Below, piece by piece: positions 25,799 to 34,773 of a stretch of 64,000 nt of DNA. The position numbers and the translations under genes are program-made. The stretch comes from Bryobacterales bacterium (GTDB taxonomy: Bacteria; Acidobacteriota; Terriglobia; Bryobacterales; UBA6623), in the NCBI GenBank assembly GCA_965204095.1, contig OZ241991.1, forward strand, positions 1,360,290 to 1,424,289, given 5' to 3'. The notes beneath the pieces were generated by a model that made no database searches, was not told the origin of the DNA, and was given only the letters and a program-made list of their open reading frames with translations. The number at the start of each line of letters is the position of its first letter. The stretch's first letter is position 1.

Positions 25799-28387
25799 TT
25801 GTCAAAGGAATTGGTTGTCTCGGCAACGCGGCACGAAACCCGTGTCGGCGTTCTGGAAAATGATCAGCTCGTCGAGATTTACGTCGAGCGCGAATCGCAG
25901 GAAGGCCTTGCAGGTAGTATCCACAAAGGGCGAGTGACGCGTGTCCTTCCGGGGATGCAGTCGGCTTTCGTCGATGTGGGTCTTGAGCGGGACGCGTTTC
26001 TCTACGTCTCGGACTTTTTTGACGGATCCGCCGAGTTTGACGAATCGGAAGACGAAAGCGGCTCGAGCAAGCGTAAGTCCGGCCGTTCTCGAGAAAAGAT
26101 TGATGCGCAGCATGAGCCCGAGAATGACCAGAGTCAGGCTGGAGCGGCCGCGGAAACATCTGAAAGCGAGGGTCGCGATCGAAAGGGGCGACGCCGCCGC
26201 GGACGACGCGGCCGTCGTCGAGGCGGAAAGACAAGTCTGCCTGCATCGAAATACGCGACCCTCTCCGATGGGACCGACGACGCCCAAGGGCACGAGCCTG
26301 CCGTGCAAGTGGCGCCCGCTGCATCCGGCGAGGAGCAGTCTTTCAAATTGCTACCGGGTGAGTCTCTCGCCAAGTACATCGATGCGAAAGCGCTCGACCC
26401 ATCAGACAAAGCTGAGATCGCGCCCACCGCGAATCAGAGCGGGTTAGTCGGTGAACGAGCGGAATCCGAGCCGCAGGAGATCGTTCTTTCAAGAGAAGCT
26501 TCTGAGGATGTCGAACCCGAGGAATCGAAGAGTCCCGACGCACCCACAGAGGCAGTTGGACAACCGTTCGATCACATCGCTGCGGATGATGAGCTTTCAG
26601 AGTCACCCGAGCCCGATGACTTCGATGAAAACGACGACGAAGAGGACACGGATAACGAGGAAGAGGGGACAAGCGAGGACTCGGACGACGAAGACCCGGG
26701 GCCGGATCTGGAACATGAACTCGAGGAGGCAGAGCGGCTGGCCGCTCTTGTCGAGGAGCGAGATGGCGAGGATGACGAGTTCCCGGAGGAGTCCCAGGAG
26801 CCTGACGCCGTACACACGGAACCCGAGGAGTTTTCATCCGAGACTCGAGAGGATGACGCTGACACCACCGACAAAGATCCTGGAGATGAGTCCTCCGAGA
26901 CATCTGTCCTCCCTGGAGAGTCCATCGAAGAGCCTACGGAGGCATCACAGAAGGCCAAGGTCAACTCTGACGAAGACAGTGCCGCCCCGGTCCCCGGACA
27001 ACCCGGCTCGGCCCGTGTGCGCGGCCGCTCGGGATCTTCGCGTCACCTCCAGCGGCGTGGACGCCGGGGACGCCGTCGAAGCGGACGTCAGCGGGACAAC
27101 CGTCAACCTGTACAGCAGAGGGAACCGCGTGAGCACCGCGCGGAACGCAAAGAATCGCAGAACGCCGGGATCCCTCCATCTGACTACAAAATCACGGACA
27201 TGCTCCAGAAAGGCAACGAGATTCTGGTGCAGATCGCGAAAGAGCCGCTTGGCAAGAAAGGAGCACGCATCACGTCGCACATCGCTTTGCCGGGCCGCTA
27301 TCTGGTCTATATGCCGACGGTAAATCATGTCGGCGTCTCCCGCAAGATCGAATCTTTCGACGAGCGCAAACGGCTTCGCGATGTCGTGCGCACGCATCGC
27401 ACCGGAATGCCCGGCGGCTTCATCGTGCGAACCGCCGGAGAAAGCATGCCCGACGAAGAGATCCGTGGCGACATGCTCTTCCTTTACAACCTTTGGCTCG
27501 ACATTCGCCAGCAAGCCGAAGAACGGGAGAATCCCGGCTTGGTGCACCAGGACCTTGATATCGTCGAACGTATCCTTCGCGACCAACTTGACGAGGACTT
27601 CAAAGCGATCTGGGTCGACGCAGAGGATGAATACGAACGCGTTCTGCGTTTCGTCGAGCGTTTCCAACCGAGCCTGCTCTCGAAAGTGAAACTCTATACC
27701 CGCTCGCGGCCGATCTTCGAAGAATTCAACGTGCAGGTCTCGCTGGAGAAAGCGCTGCGTCCCAAAGTGTGGCTCAAATCGGGGGGGTACATCGTCATAA
27801 ACCAGACCGAAGCCCTGGTCTCCGTTGACGTCAATACCGGCAAATACGTGGGCAAATCCGACCGTTTGGAAGACACGATCGTCAACACGAACATCGAGGC
27901 CGCGCAGGGGCTTGTCCGGCAGCTTCGCTTGCGTGACCTCGGCGGAATCATCGTCATCGACTTCATAGACATGAATGATCAGAAAAACCATCAGAAGGTC
28001 TTTCAGGCCCTGGAGCAAGCCTTGCAAACAGACCGCGCTCCTACGAAATTACTGCAGTTCAATGATTTTGGATTGGTGGCCATTACGAGGAGGCGTGTCA
28101 AGCAGTCTCTGGAACGCACTCTCTGCGATTCCTGTCCGACGTGTAATGGTTCAGGCCGGCTGAAGTCCGTCACGACCGTGATTCTGGAAATCCTCGAAGA
28201 AGCCCACAAAATGGCTCCCGACATGGAGCCGCAGAAAGACGTCACTCTGCGAGTGAATCCGGAAGTCGCCCGCACGCTTAAATCTCGAAAGAACAGTTAT
28301 TTGCAGGAACTCGAGACACTGCTCAAAAACCACGTCCTGGTGCGGAGCGATGGGAGCCTGCACCGCGAGAACTTTGATGTCTATTGA
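25799..28387 (+). CDS. rng: ribonuclease G/E-family endoribonuclease with a ~390-aa disordered insertion in the S1 domain
   Basis: TTG start 6 nt after GAGGAGG. The N-terminus, GSIHKGRVTRVLPGMQSAFVDVGLERDAFLYVSD, and from aa ~463 ...ILVQIAKEPLGKKGARITSHIALPGRYLVYMP...IDFIDM...CPTCNGSGR, align colinearly with my recollection of E. coli RNase G. Aa ~75-462 are low-complexity acidic and Arg-rich. Confidence 0.92.
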   Translation: MSKELVVSATRHETRVGVLENDQLVEIYVERESQEGLAGSIHKGRVTRVLPGMQSAFVDVGLERDAFLYVSDFFDGSAEFDESEDESGSSKRKSGRSREKIDAQHEPENDQSQAGAAAETSESEGRDRKGRRRRGRRGRRRGGKTSLPASKYATLSDGTDDAQGHEPAVQVAPAASGEEQSFKLLPGESLAKYIDAKALDPSDKAEIAPTANQSGLVGERAESEPQEIVLSREASEDVEPEESKSPDAPTEAVGQPFDHIAADDELSESPEPDDFDENDDEEDTDNEEEGTSEDSDDEDPGPDLEHELEEAERLAALVEERDGEDDEFPEESQEPDAVHTEPEEFSSETREDDADTTDKDPGDESSETSVLPGESIEEPTEASQKAKVNSDEDSAAPVPGQPGSARVRGRSGSSRHLQRRGRRGRRRSGRQRDNRQPVQQREPREHRAERKESQNAGIPPSDYKITDMLQKGNEILVQIAKEPLGKKGARITSHIALPGRYLVYMPTVNHVGVSRKIESFDERKRLRDVVRTHRTGMPGGFIVRTAGESMPDEEIRGDMLFLYNLWLDIRQQAEERENPGLVHQDLDIVERILRDQLDEDFKAIWVDAEDEYERVLRFVERFQPSLLSKVKLYTRSRPIFEEFNVQVSLEKALRPKVWLKSGGYIVINQTEALVSVDVNTGKYVGKSDRLEDTIVNTNIEAAQGLVRQLRLRDLGGIIVIDFIDMNDQKNHQKVFQALEQALQTDRAPTKLLQFNDFGLVAITRRRVKQSLERTLCDSCPTCNGSGRLKSVTTVILEILEEAHKMAPDMEPQKDVTLRVNPEVARTLKSRKNSYLQELETLLKNHVLVRSDGSLHRENFDVY

Positions 28388-28417
28388 TTCTCATTACTCT
28401 GCTGCCATTCCCCGCCT

Positions 28418-29272
28418 ATGACACCAAAGATTGGAATTATCGGAGGAAGCGGGCTCTACAACATGCCGCGCCTCACCGACCGCGTCGAGCAGACCGTCGA
28501 AACTCCCTGGGGAGACCCTTCGGATGCTTTCTTGCTGGGGAAGCTGGAAGGCCGGGCAGTTGCCTTCCTGGCCCGCCATGGCCGGGGGCACAGCATCATG
28601 CCCTCGAATCTCAATTTTCGAGCGAATATTTATGCGCTCAAGAGTCTCGGTGTGGAGTGGATCCTCTCATTCAGCGCCGTCGGCTCGCTCCGGGAAAATC
28701 TCAAACCGCTCGACTTCTGTATACCCGATCAATTCTTTGACCGCACGCGCGGGCGAGCGTCCACGTTCTTTGATGAGGATATTGCGGTTCACGTCGGCTT
28801 CGCAGACCCGGTTTGCTCGACCCTGGCCGATGTGGCTGAGGAAGCCTGCAAGCAGGCGGGCGTCACGGTCCATCGCGGCGGCACGTACTGTTGCATGGAG
28901 GGTCCCGCGTTCTCAACGCGTGCGGAGTCACTCGCCTACCGATCGTGGGGATTCGACGTGATCGGCATGACGAACTTGCAGGAAGCCAAGCTCGCGCGCG
29001 AGGCCGAAATGTCATATGTCACGATCGCCATGGTGACGGACTATGACTGTTGGCACCCCGAACACGCTGACGTGACGGTCGAGCAAGTGATCGCTTATCT
29101 CACTGAAAACGCCGAGCATGCCAGAATGGTGGCGGCGGAAGCCGTCAAGCGAATCCCCCACGGCGACAGCCCGTTTTCCTCGGCGATCAGGAACGCCATC
29201 ATTACCGATCGCTCCAAGATCTCTGAAGCGTCAAAAGAGAAGTACCGGCTATTGATCGGGAAGTATCTGTAG
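28418..29272 (+). CDS. mtnP: S-methyl-5'-thioadenosine phosphorylase
   Basis: MTPKIGIIGGSGLY...FLARHGRGHSIMPSNLNFRANIYALKSLGV... is typical of MTAP/PNP-family proteins. Confidence 0.9.
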   Translation: MTPKIGIIGGSGLYNMPRLTDRVEQTVETPWGDPSDAFLLGKLEGRAVAFLARHGRGHSIMPSNLNFRANIYALKSLGVEWILSFSAVGSLRENLKPLDFCIPDQFFDRTRGRASTFFDEDIAVHVGFADPVCSTLADVAEEACKQAGVTVHRGGTYCCMEGPAFSTRAESLAYRSWGFDVIGMTNLQEAKLAREAEMSYVTIAMVTDYDCWHPEHADVTVEQVIAYLTENAEHARMVAAEAVKRIPHGDSPFSSAIRNAIITDRSKISEASKEKYRLLIGKYL

Positions 29273-29282
29273 GCCCGTCAAC

Positions 29283-30197
29283 ATGGCTCTTCTTGTTGTC
29301 GGGTCTGTCGCATATGACGGAGTTGAAACTTCTCACGGCAAAGTCGACCGCATGCTCGGCGGCTCCGGCACTTATATCTCGCTCGCCGCAAGTCACTTTG
29401 CTGAGGTGAAGCTTGTCGGCGTGGTCGGCGAGGATTTTGCTGCTGAGGACGAGCAACTCCTTGCCGATCATGGTGTTGACCTTGAAGGACTGGAGAAGAT
29501 GCCGGGCAAGACGTTCTTCTGGCGCGGCACCTATTCCCATGACATGAACGAGCGGACAACGCTGACGACACAGCTCAATGTATTCGCCGACTTCAACCCG
29601 AAGCTGCCCGCATCCTACCAGGAGACTCCCTACTCCTTTCTGGGCAACATTCATCCCAACCTGCAGAGGCAGGTGCGCGACCAGATCTCTTCGCCGCTGT
29701 TCGTCGGCGGTGACACGATGAATTTCTGGATTGAAGGGACCCCGGACGAACTTGCGGCGGCAATCGAGCAATGGGACTTCATCCTGATCAACGACAGCGA
29801 GGCGCGCTTGCTGGCGGGAGAATACAACCTGCTCCGCGCTGCGAGAAAAATCCAGGAGATGGGGCCGCAGACGGTGGTTATCAAGCGTGGCGAGTACGGA
29901 GCAATCCTTTTCCGTCCGGAGGGTTACTTCATCGCCCCTGGCTTTCTACTGCAAACCGTGTTCGATCCGACGGGCGCAGGTGACTCGTTCGCCGGGGGCT
30001 TCATGGGGTATCTGACCGAGCAGGGTATCGAGAGTCTCGACGATGCGACGCACGCCCATCTCCGCAAAGCCATGATCTACGGCTCGGTGATGGGCAGCTT
30101 TTGCTGTGAAAGATTCGGCGTGGAGAGGCTGCGGAACTTGACACGCGATGATATCGAAGGACGATATCGGGAGTTCAAGGCGTTTACCGAGTTCTAG
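29283..30197 (+). CDS. PfkB-family carbohydrate kinase
   Basis: C-terminal DPTGAGDSFAGGFMGYL signature of the ribokinase/PfkB family. 304 aa. Confidence 0.85.
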   Translation: MALLVVGSVAYDGVETSHGKVDRMLGGSGTYISLAASHFAEVKLVGVVGEDFAAEDEQLLADHGVDLEGLEKMPGKTFFWRGTYSHDMNERTTLTTQLNVFADFNPKLPASYQETPYSFLGNIHPNLQRQVRDQISSPLFVGGDTMNFWIEGTPDELAAAIEQWDFILINDSEARLLAGEYNLLRAARKIQEMGPQTVVIKRGEYGAILFRPEGYFIAPGFLLQTVFDPTGAGDSFAGGFMGYLTEQGIESLDDATHAHLRKAMIYGSVMGSFCCERFGVERLRNLTRDDIEGRYREFKAFTEF

Positions 30198-30358
30198 GCA
30201 CACCGCTTGCTCAACTTCTCAGGAAAGATCACACAAACGCTCAACTGCCCGATCTCTTCCCGGGTGTATGACGGCGCTTGAGTTGCGCCGCCCGGGAGCA
30301 AGTGATGCTGGCGCGCAAGCAGCGACTCAGTCAGGTCGAGCGTCTACAATAGGGGCCC

Positions 30359-30844
30359 ATGCAGGACTGGAAGGCCGGTGCTCTCGTGGTGGTCTTGCTG
30401 CTATGGGCGGGAATCCTGTTTGGGGTGTCGTTCCTGGCGACGCCCGCCAAGTTTTCGGCGCCGAGTTTGACTCTGCCGGTGGCGGTTGATGTGGGAAGGT
30501 CGACTTTCGCAGTGCTGAATCGGGTGGAGTTGGGCTGTGCCGTGCTCAGCTTGGGGTTGCTGGCAGCGGGGGCTTCGCGGGCATTCGTGGTGAGGTTGGC
30601 TTTGGGCTTGGCTGCACTGGGATTGCTTCTCGAGACGCTTTGGTTGCTGCCCGCGCTGGAGGAGCGTGCACAGATGGTGATCGATCGTGGTACACCGCCG
30701 GCTTCGAGTCTGCACGATGTTTACATTGGGATCGACGCCGCAAAGCTCATCGCGCTTCTCCTGGGAACAGTCGTTCTGCTGCGTCCCGCGAGCGGCATCA
30801 GCGCCAGTAGGCGAGCACGAGACCGAACAGGAGGAGGCGGGTGA
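30359..30844 (+). CDS. integral membrane protein (DUF4149-like)
   Basis: Four hydrophobic segments. The family resemblance is from memory only. The 3' end overlaps the convergent DUF1761 gene by ~47 nt. Confidence 0.6.
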   Translation: MQDWKAGALVVVLLLWAGILFGVSFLATPAKFSAPSLTLPVAVDVGRSTFAVLNRVELGCAVLSLGLLAAGASRAFVVRLALGLAALGLLLETLWLLPALEERAQMVIDRGTPPASSLHDVYIGIDAAKLIALLLGTVVLLRPASGISASRRARDRTGGGG

Positions 30845-31238
30845 GGTCGAAACCGGCGTTGATGGCGACAAGGCCCCAGCCCTTCTGTTCCCACGCGACC
30901 CGCCCCATTTGCAAAGGCAGGAAGAAGCCCAGCCAGGTCCACACGGCCCCCTTTATGCCGTAGACCCAGGAGGGTTCGTCCGCACCGACTCCCCAGATGG
31001 ATGGCCGCCAAACCTCGATGCTGTGTGCAAGCACGAAGACAATCAGCAGCGAACCGAGAATGAAGAGGCCCATTGACTTGGCCATCGCACTGCCGGCTGG
31101 CTGTTCCATGTCTTCCATGCCCATGTGCTTTGTCCAGGCTTTGCCAAAGATCGGACCGAACCACAGGAAGCCGATCGGCACGGCAGCGGTGACACAGGCT
31201 AGGACGGCGAGATAGTTGATGTTGATTTCGGGTTGCAC
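30798..31238 (-). CDS. DUF1761-family membrane protein
   Basis: GTG start 7 nt after AGGAGA. (M)QPEININYLAVLACVTAAVPIGFLWFGPIFGKAW... fits my recollection of DUF1761. The track start at 31286 is probably too far upstream. Confidence 0.7.
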   Translation of the reverse strand: MQPEININYLAVLACVTAAVPIGFLWFGPIFGKAWTKHMGMEDMEQPAGSAMAKSMGLFILGSLLIVFVLAHSIEVWRPSIWGVGADEPSWVYGIKGAVWTWLGFFLPLQMGRVAWEQKGWGLVAINAGFDLTRLLLFGLVLAYWR

Positions 31239-31415
31239 AAGTGATCTCCTGACTACCGGGCATGGGGCGTCCACAACACATCCCACGGCTGGAAACCGTC
31301 ATGTTAGCGGTTGCTGATGGAACTCGTTCAGCTCGCCCGATGCAGATTCCCAGAGCCGGGACAGCCTGGTTTTTCCGACTCCGCAGTGAATGCGGCGTGC
31401 CGTGCCGCTGCTTCT

Positions 31416-32240
31416 TCAATTCGTCATGGCTGAAACCTGTTCCGGCATGGTGGGAAGGGCTTCGGGCAAGGGTTTGCGCGGCAACTTCTCCTCTCGGTTG
31501 GCGGTGTGGTAGACGAAGGAGGCGATGACGACCACGGCTTGCATTAGGTCACCGGGTTGGGCGCGATCGTAGGCATCCATGTTGGAGTGGTGGGTCCGGG
31601 TTTCGTATTCGACGGGATCCTGGATGAACTGAAAACCCGGTGGTCCGACAGCATCGAACGAAAGATGGTCGGTGCCGCCGGTGCCGGGACTCCAACCGAG
31701 GGGAACGCCGATCAACATCTCATACTGCGGCTCGACCAGATGAACTGAGAAATAGCTTCGCGGCCAGCCCTGACCGAACGGCCCCCAGCGTTCAAGCTTG
31801 ACGTTTGCAGCGCCCCATTCTTCAAGCCGTGAATCGGCCCACCTGGCGGATGCGTTGAACCCGGGTGAGTTGGTGATGCGAGGTCCTTAGCCTGTATTTC
31901 TCACCACGTGGCGAGATGAAGTGCGTGAGAGGGCCGTCAGGACGAGGCGCGAGCCGCTTGGCGCGCGCAGGCGTACTTGACGGTACGTTGAGCACGGCAA
32001 GCAAGCGCAACGAAGTCCTGGCGGTCGTATGGCGTGCTTCAGCCGTCGGGTGGTGAGACATGCAGGTTAGACTTCGACGAGATGGAAGAGGTAGTCCATC
32101 ACCTCGGTGTGGTGGAAGACCTCCTGCTTGATGCGATGGATGACCTCGCGGTCGACAGCGTCGTTCGCCCGGAGGACGGTAGACGCCATGAAAACCACGG
32201 TGATGCCGAGAGACGATACGATGCGGGGCATGCCGATCAT
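31416..32240 (-). pseudogene. M28-family peptidase gene remnant, split by MITE copy 7 and carrying a large internal deletion
   Basis: My translation gives 32240-32071: MIGMPRIVSSLGITVVFMASTVLRANDAVDREVIHRIKQEVFHHTEVMDYLFHLVEV, then TAA in the TSD. After the MITE (31886 downward) the same frame continues: [41 protein letters not shown]...[45 protein letters not shown]... N- and C-terminal M28 blocks are joined with the ~250-300-aa catalytic core missing. Confidence 0.65.
31891..32066 (+). mobile_element. MITE copy 7 (subfamily A, 176 bp) inside the M28 pseudogene
   Basis: Termini CCTGTATTTCTCACCAC ... GTGGTGAGACATGCAGG. Perfect TSD TTAG (31887-31890) / TTAG (32067-32070). Confidence 0.9.
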
Positions 32241-32249
32241 GCTTCGCCG

Positions 32250-33023
32250 CTAAAGTTCGAGTTCGTCGTTGTAGATCATGTCCTTGAGCTTGAATCTGCG
32301 CCTGATGTTCGTCTGTCCCATTTTCATTTGAAACTCGACGTCCTTGTCGGCAAGCGTGATCTCATGCGTACGGGGGAACGACAGAACGACCTCGGCTTCC
32401 TGCTCGCCGCCGCGGATCCGGAAATCCTCCGGAGAGATGTTTTCCTTGTTCTTGCGCTTCAAAAACGAGCCTTGTTTGAATCGCTCGGGGTTCCGCTGGC
32501 CCATTTGAGCCATGCGGCCGGGGAAACCGCTGACAGCGATGACGTAGTGTGTCTCGGCGCGGTTGATGAATGCTCGGCCGTCTTCGGCCGTCCCTGCTTC
32601 GTTGCCGTATCGGGCTTTGACAAGCGCCTCTTTCACGGGCTGTGCGCTCAACCAGCGGACGACGAAGTTACGCTGCATTCCACCGCCGCCTCCACGGCCG
32701 CCGCCGCCGTAACCGCCGGGCACGCGAGTGCCTCCCCCAGCACCGGCTCCAGGGATGCCGCCGCCAGCGCCGCCGAAACCACCGCCGCCAGCGCCGCCTC
32801 CACCTCCTCCACGGCTTCGACCCGCGCCCCCGCCTCTCATGCCGCCGCCACCACCACCCATCGTTATCGAGACGGTGCGCGCCCAGGGAGAATTGGTGAG
32901 CATCTTGGTGACTTCCTTCTCGCTCCATTGCAGGAAGTCCTTGGTGATCCAGAAGTCCGCTGCGAATCCGACGGACGTCATGAGCCCGAATAGCAGCAAC
33001 AGTCGCAAGCCAGCAATGGCCAT
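32250..33023 (-). CDS. secreted hypothetical protein with a ~60-aa Gly/Arg-rich low-complexity segment
   Basis: Signal peptide MAIAGLRLLLLFGLMTSVGFA, then GGGGGGMRGGGAGRSRGGGGGGAGGGGFGGAGGG..., then an ordinary-looking C-terminal domain. The antisense Pro-rich ORFs are shadows of the Gly codons. Confidence 0.75.
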   Translation of the reverse strand: MAIAGLRLLLLFGLMTSVGFAADFWITKDFLQWSEKEVTKMLTNSPWARTVSITMGGGGGGMRGGGAGRSRGGGGGGAGGGGFGGAGGGIPGAGAGGGTRVPGGYGGGGRGGGGGMQRNFVVRWLSAQPVKEALVKARYGNEAGTAEDGRAFINRAETHYVIAVSGFPGRMAQMGQRNPERFKQGSFLKRKNKENISPEDFRIRGGEQEAEVVLSFPRTHEITLADKDVEFQMKMGQTNIRRRFKLKDMIYNDELEL

Positions 33024-33221
33024 CGTGTCCTCCTTGGAATACGTCGAGTCTTTACTTTCCTCTCGATGTCAAGCGCAATACGTTCGAACATAACATAGGC
33101 GGAACACTCATGAGAGTGGTTACGATGTAATATCCATGTTAAAGAAGCGGGCGGAAGGCGCTGTCGTAGTGATGCTAATCTGAGGCTTCCGCTCCCGGCC
33201 TGCCTGCATTCCCCGATCCGG

Positions 33222-34631
33222 ATGGTCGAACCTCGTTTATCGCGCGGCCTGCGTGATCTGTTGCCCGACGCCATGCTGGCTCGCCAGCGGATGATCGATA
33301 CGATCCGCGGCGTTTACGAACTATACGGGTTTTCACCCTTGGAAACGCCGGCAGTCGAATACCTCGACGTGCTGTCCGGTTCGGCCGGGGCCGAAGCGCA
33401 AGGACAGATCTTTGAGGCCACGAACCCCGAAGGCGAGCAACTCGGCCTTCGATTCGACCTGACGGTTCCGCTCTCACGCGTCGTGTCGCAGTATCAGGAC
33501 CTGATCTTCCCGTTTCGGCGCTATCAGGTATCTCCTGTTTGGAGAGCGGACAAGCCGGAGCCGGGCCGCTATCGTCAGTTCACGCAGTTCGACCTGGACT
33601 CGGTTGGTGCGGAATCGGATGTTGCTGACACTGAGATCATCGCGGCGATGTGCGACACGCTGGACGCGCTCGATGTAGGTCCTTATCTTGTCCGTTTTTC
33701 GAGCCGCAAGATTCTCAATCTACTGCTCGATTACGCTGAGATCCCCCAAAGCGGCGGCCCCGCTGTCTTTCGCATTCTCGATAAGCTCGACAAGATCGGC
33801 CTCGGCAAAGTCAAGCTCGAGCTGACGTCGGGGTATACGGATGAGTCCGGCGCTCCGATTTCGGGACTCGGTCTATCCGCGGGGCAGGTCGAAAAGATCG
33901 AGCGGTTTCTGAAGATCAAGGCCGACAGCCGGAATGATGTCCTCGAACTTCTTCGTGCTTTGTTCGGCAGCATCGACAACGCTCAGGAGGAGATCGACGT
34001 TGTCGAGCGCATCTCGTCTCACCTTGATGCGCTCGGCTATGAGAGCGACCGAGTAGTGGTGGACCTTGGCATTGCGCGGGGTCTTGCGTACTACACCGGG
34101 CCGGTCTTCGAGGCGGTGCTGCTTGACGCGCAGCAGTTCGGCTCGGTCTTCGCCGGTGGGCGATATGACAATCTGGTCCGGCGCTTCACCAGACGGAGCA
34201 TCCCGGCAACCGGGGCCTCGATCGGCGTAGATCGTCTGCTGGCGGCCCTCGTCGAACTCGATCGTGTCGAGCAGCGCAAGACCAGCTCTCAGGTCCTCGT
34301 CACTGCGATGGATCCGGCGCTGATGGGAGAGTACCTGCAGATCACGTATGAGCTGCGACGAGCGGGTATTCGAACCGAGATGCATGTGGGCAAACCGAAA
34401 CGGCTTGGCAAACAGCTTCAGAGGGCCGATCGCCTCGAGATTCCCTACGTAGTCATCATGGGCTCGGACGAAGCCCAGCGCGGCGTCGTCACTGTGAAAG
34501 AGATGCTGGTGGGCCGCAGGAAGGCGGTCGAGGTCAGATCCCACGACGAGTGGAAAGCGGGGCGGTTCGGCCAGCAGGAGATCGCCCGCAAAGACCTTGC
34601 GAAGACCTTGCGGCTGTTGCTCGAAGGTTGA
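33222..34631 (+). CDS. hisS: histidine--tRNA ligase
   Basis: 469 aa. Class II motifs (…FRRYQVSPVWRADKPEPGRYRQFTQFD…, …GGRYDNLV…) and a C-terminal anticodon-binding domain (VLVTAMD...IPYVVIMGSDE). Confidence 0.93.
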   Translation: MVEPRLSRGLRDLLPDAMLARQRMIDTIRGVYELYGFSPLETPAVEYLDVLSGSAGAEAQGQIFEATNPEGEQLGLRFDLTVPLSRVVSQYQDLIFPFRRYQVSPVWRADKPEPGRYRQFTQFDLDSVGAESDVADTEIIAAMCDTLDALDVGPYLVRFSSRKILNLLLDYAEIPQSGGPAVFRILDKLDKIGLGKVKLELTSGYTDESGAPISGLGLSAGQVEKIERFLKIKADSRNDVLELLRALFGSIDNAQEEIDVVERISSHLDALGYESDRVVVDLGIARGLAYYTGPVFEAVLLDAQQFGSVFAGGRYDNLVRRFTRRSIPATGASIGVDRLLAALVELDRVEQRKTSSQVLVTAMDPALMGEYLQITYELRRAGIRTEMHVGKPKRLGKQLQRADRLEIPYVVIMGSDEAQRGVVTVKEMLVGRRKAVEVRSHDEWKAGRFGQQEIARKDLAKTLRLLLEG

Positions 34632-34773
34632 GCGAGACCTCTACGCAAGTGAGGCACAACTCGAAATCCCTCACGATTGCCTATGCCAGCACCGGGAATG
34701 TCCCAGGGCGATCACAAACTCATGAAAGACTTGCCTGCCAAAGCCGTACGGTCGGAGCCGGCTACAGGCTGAT

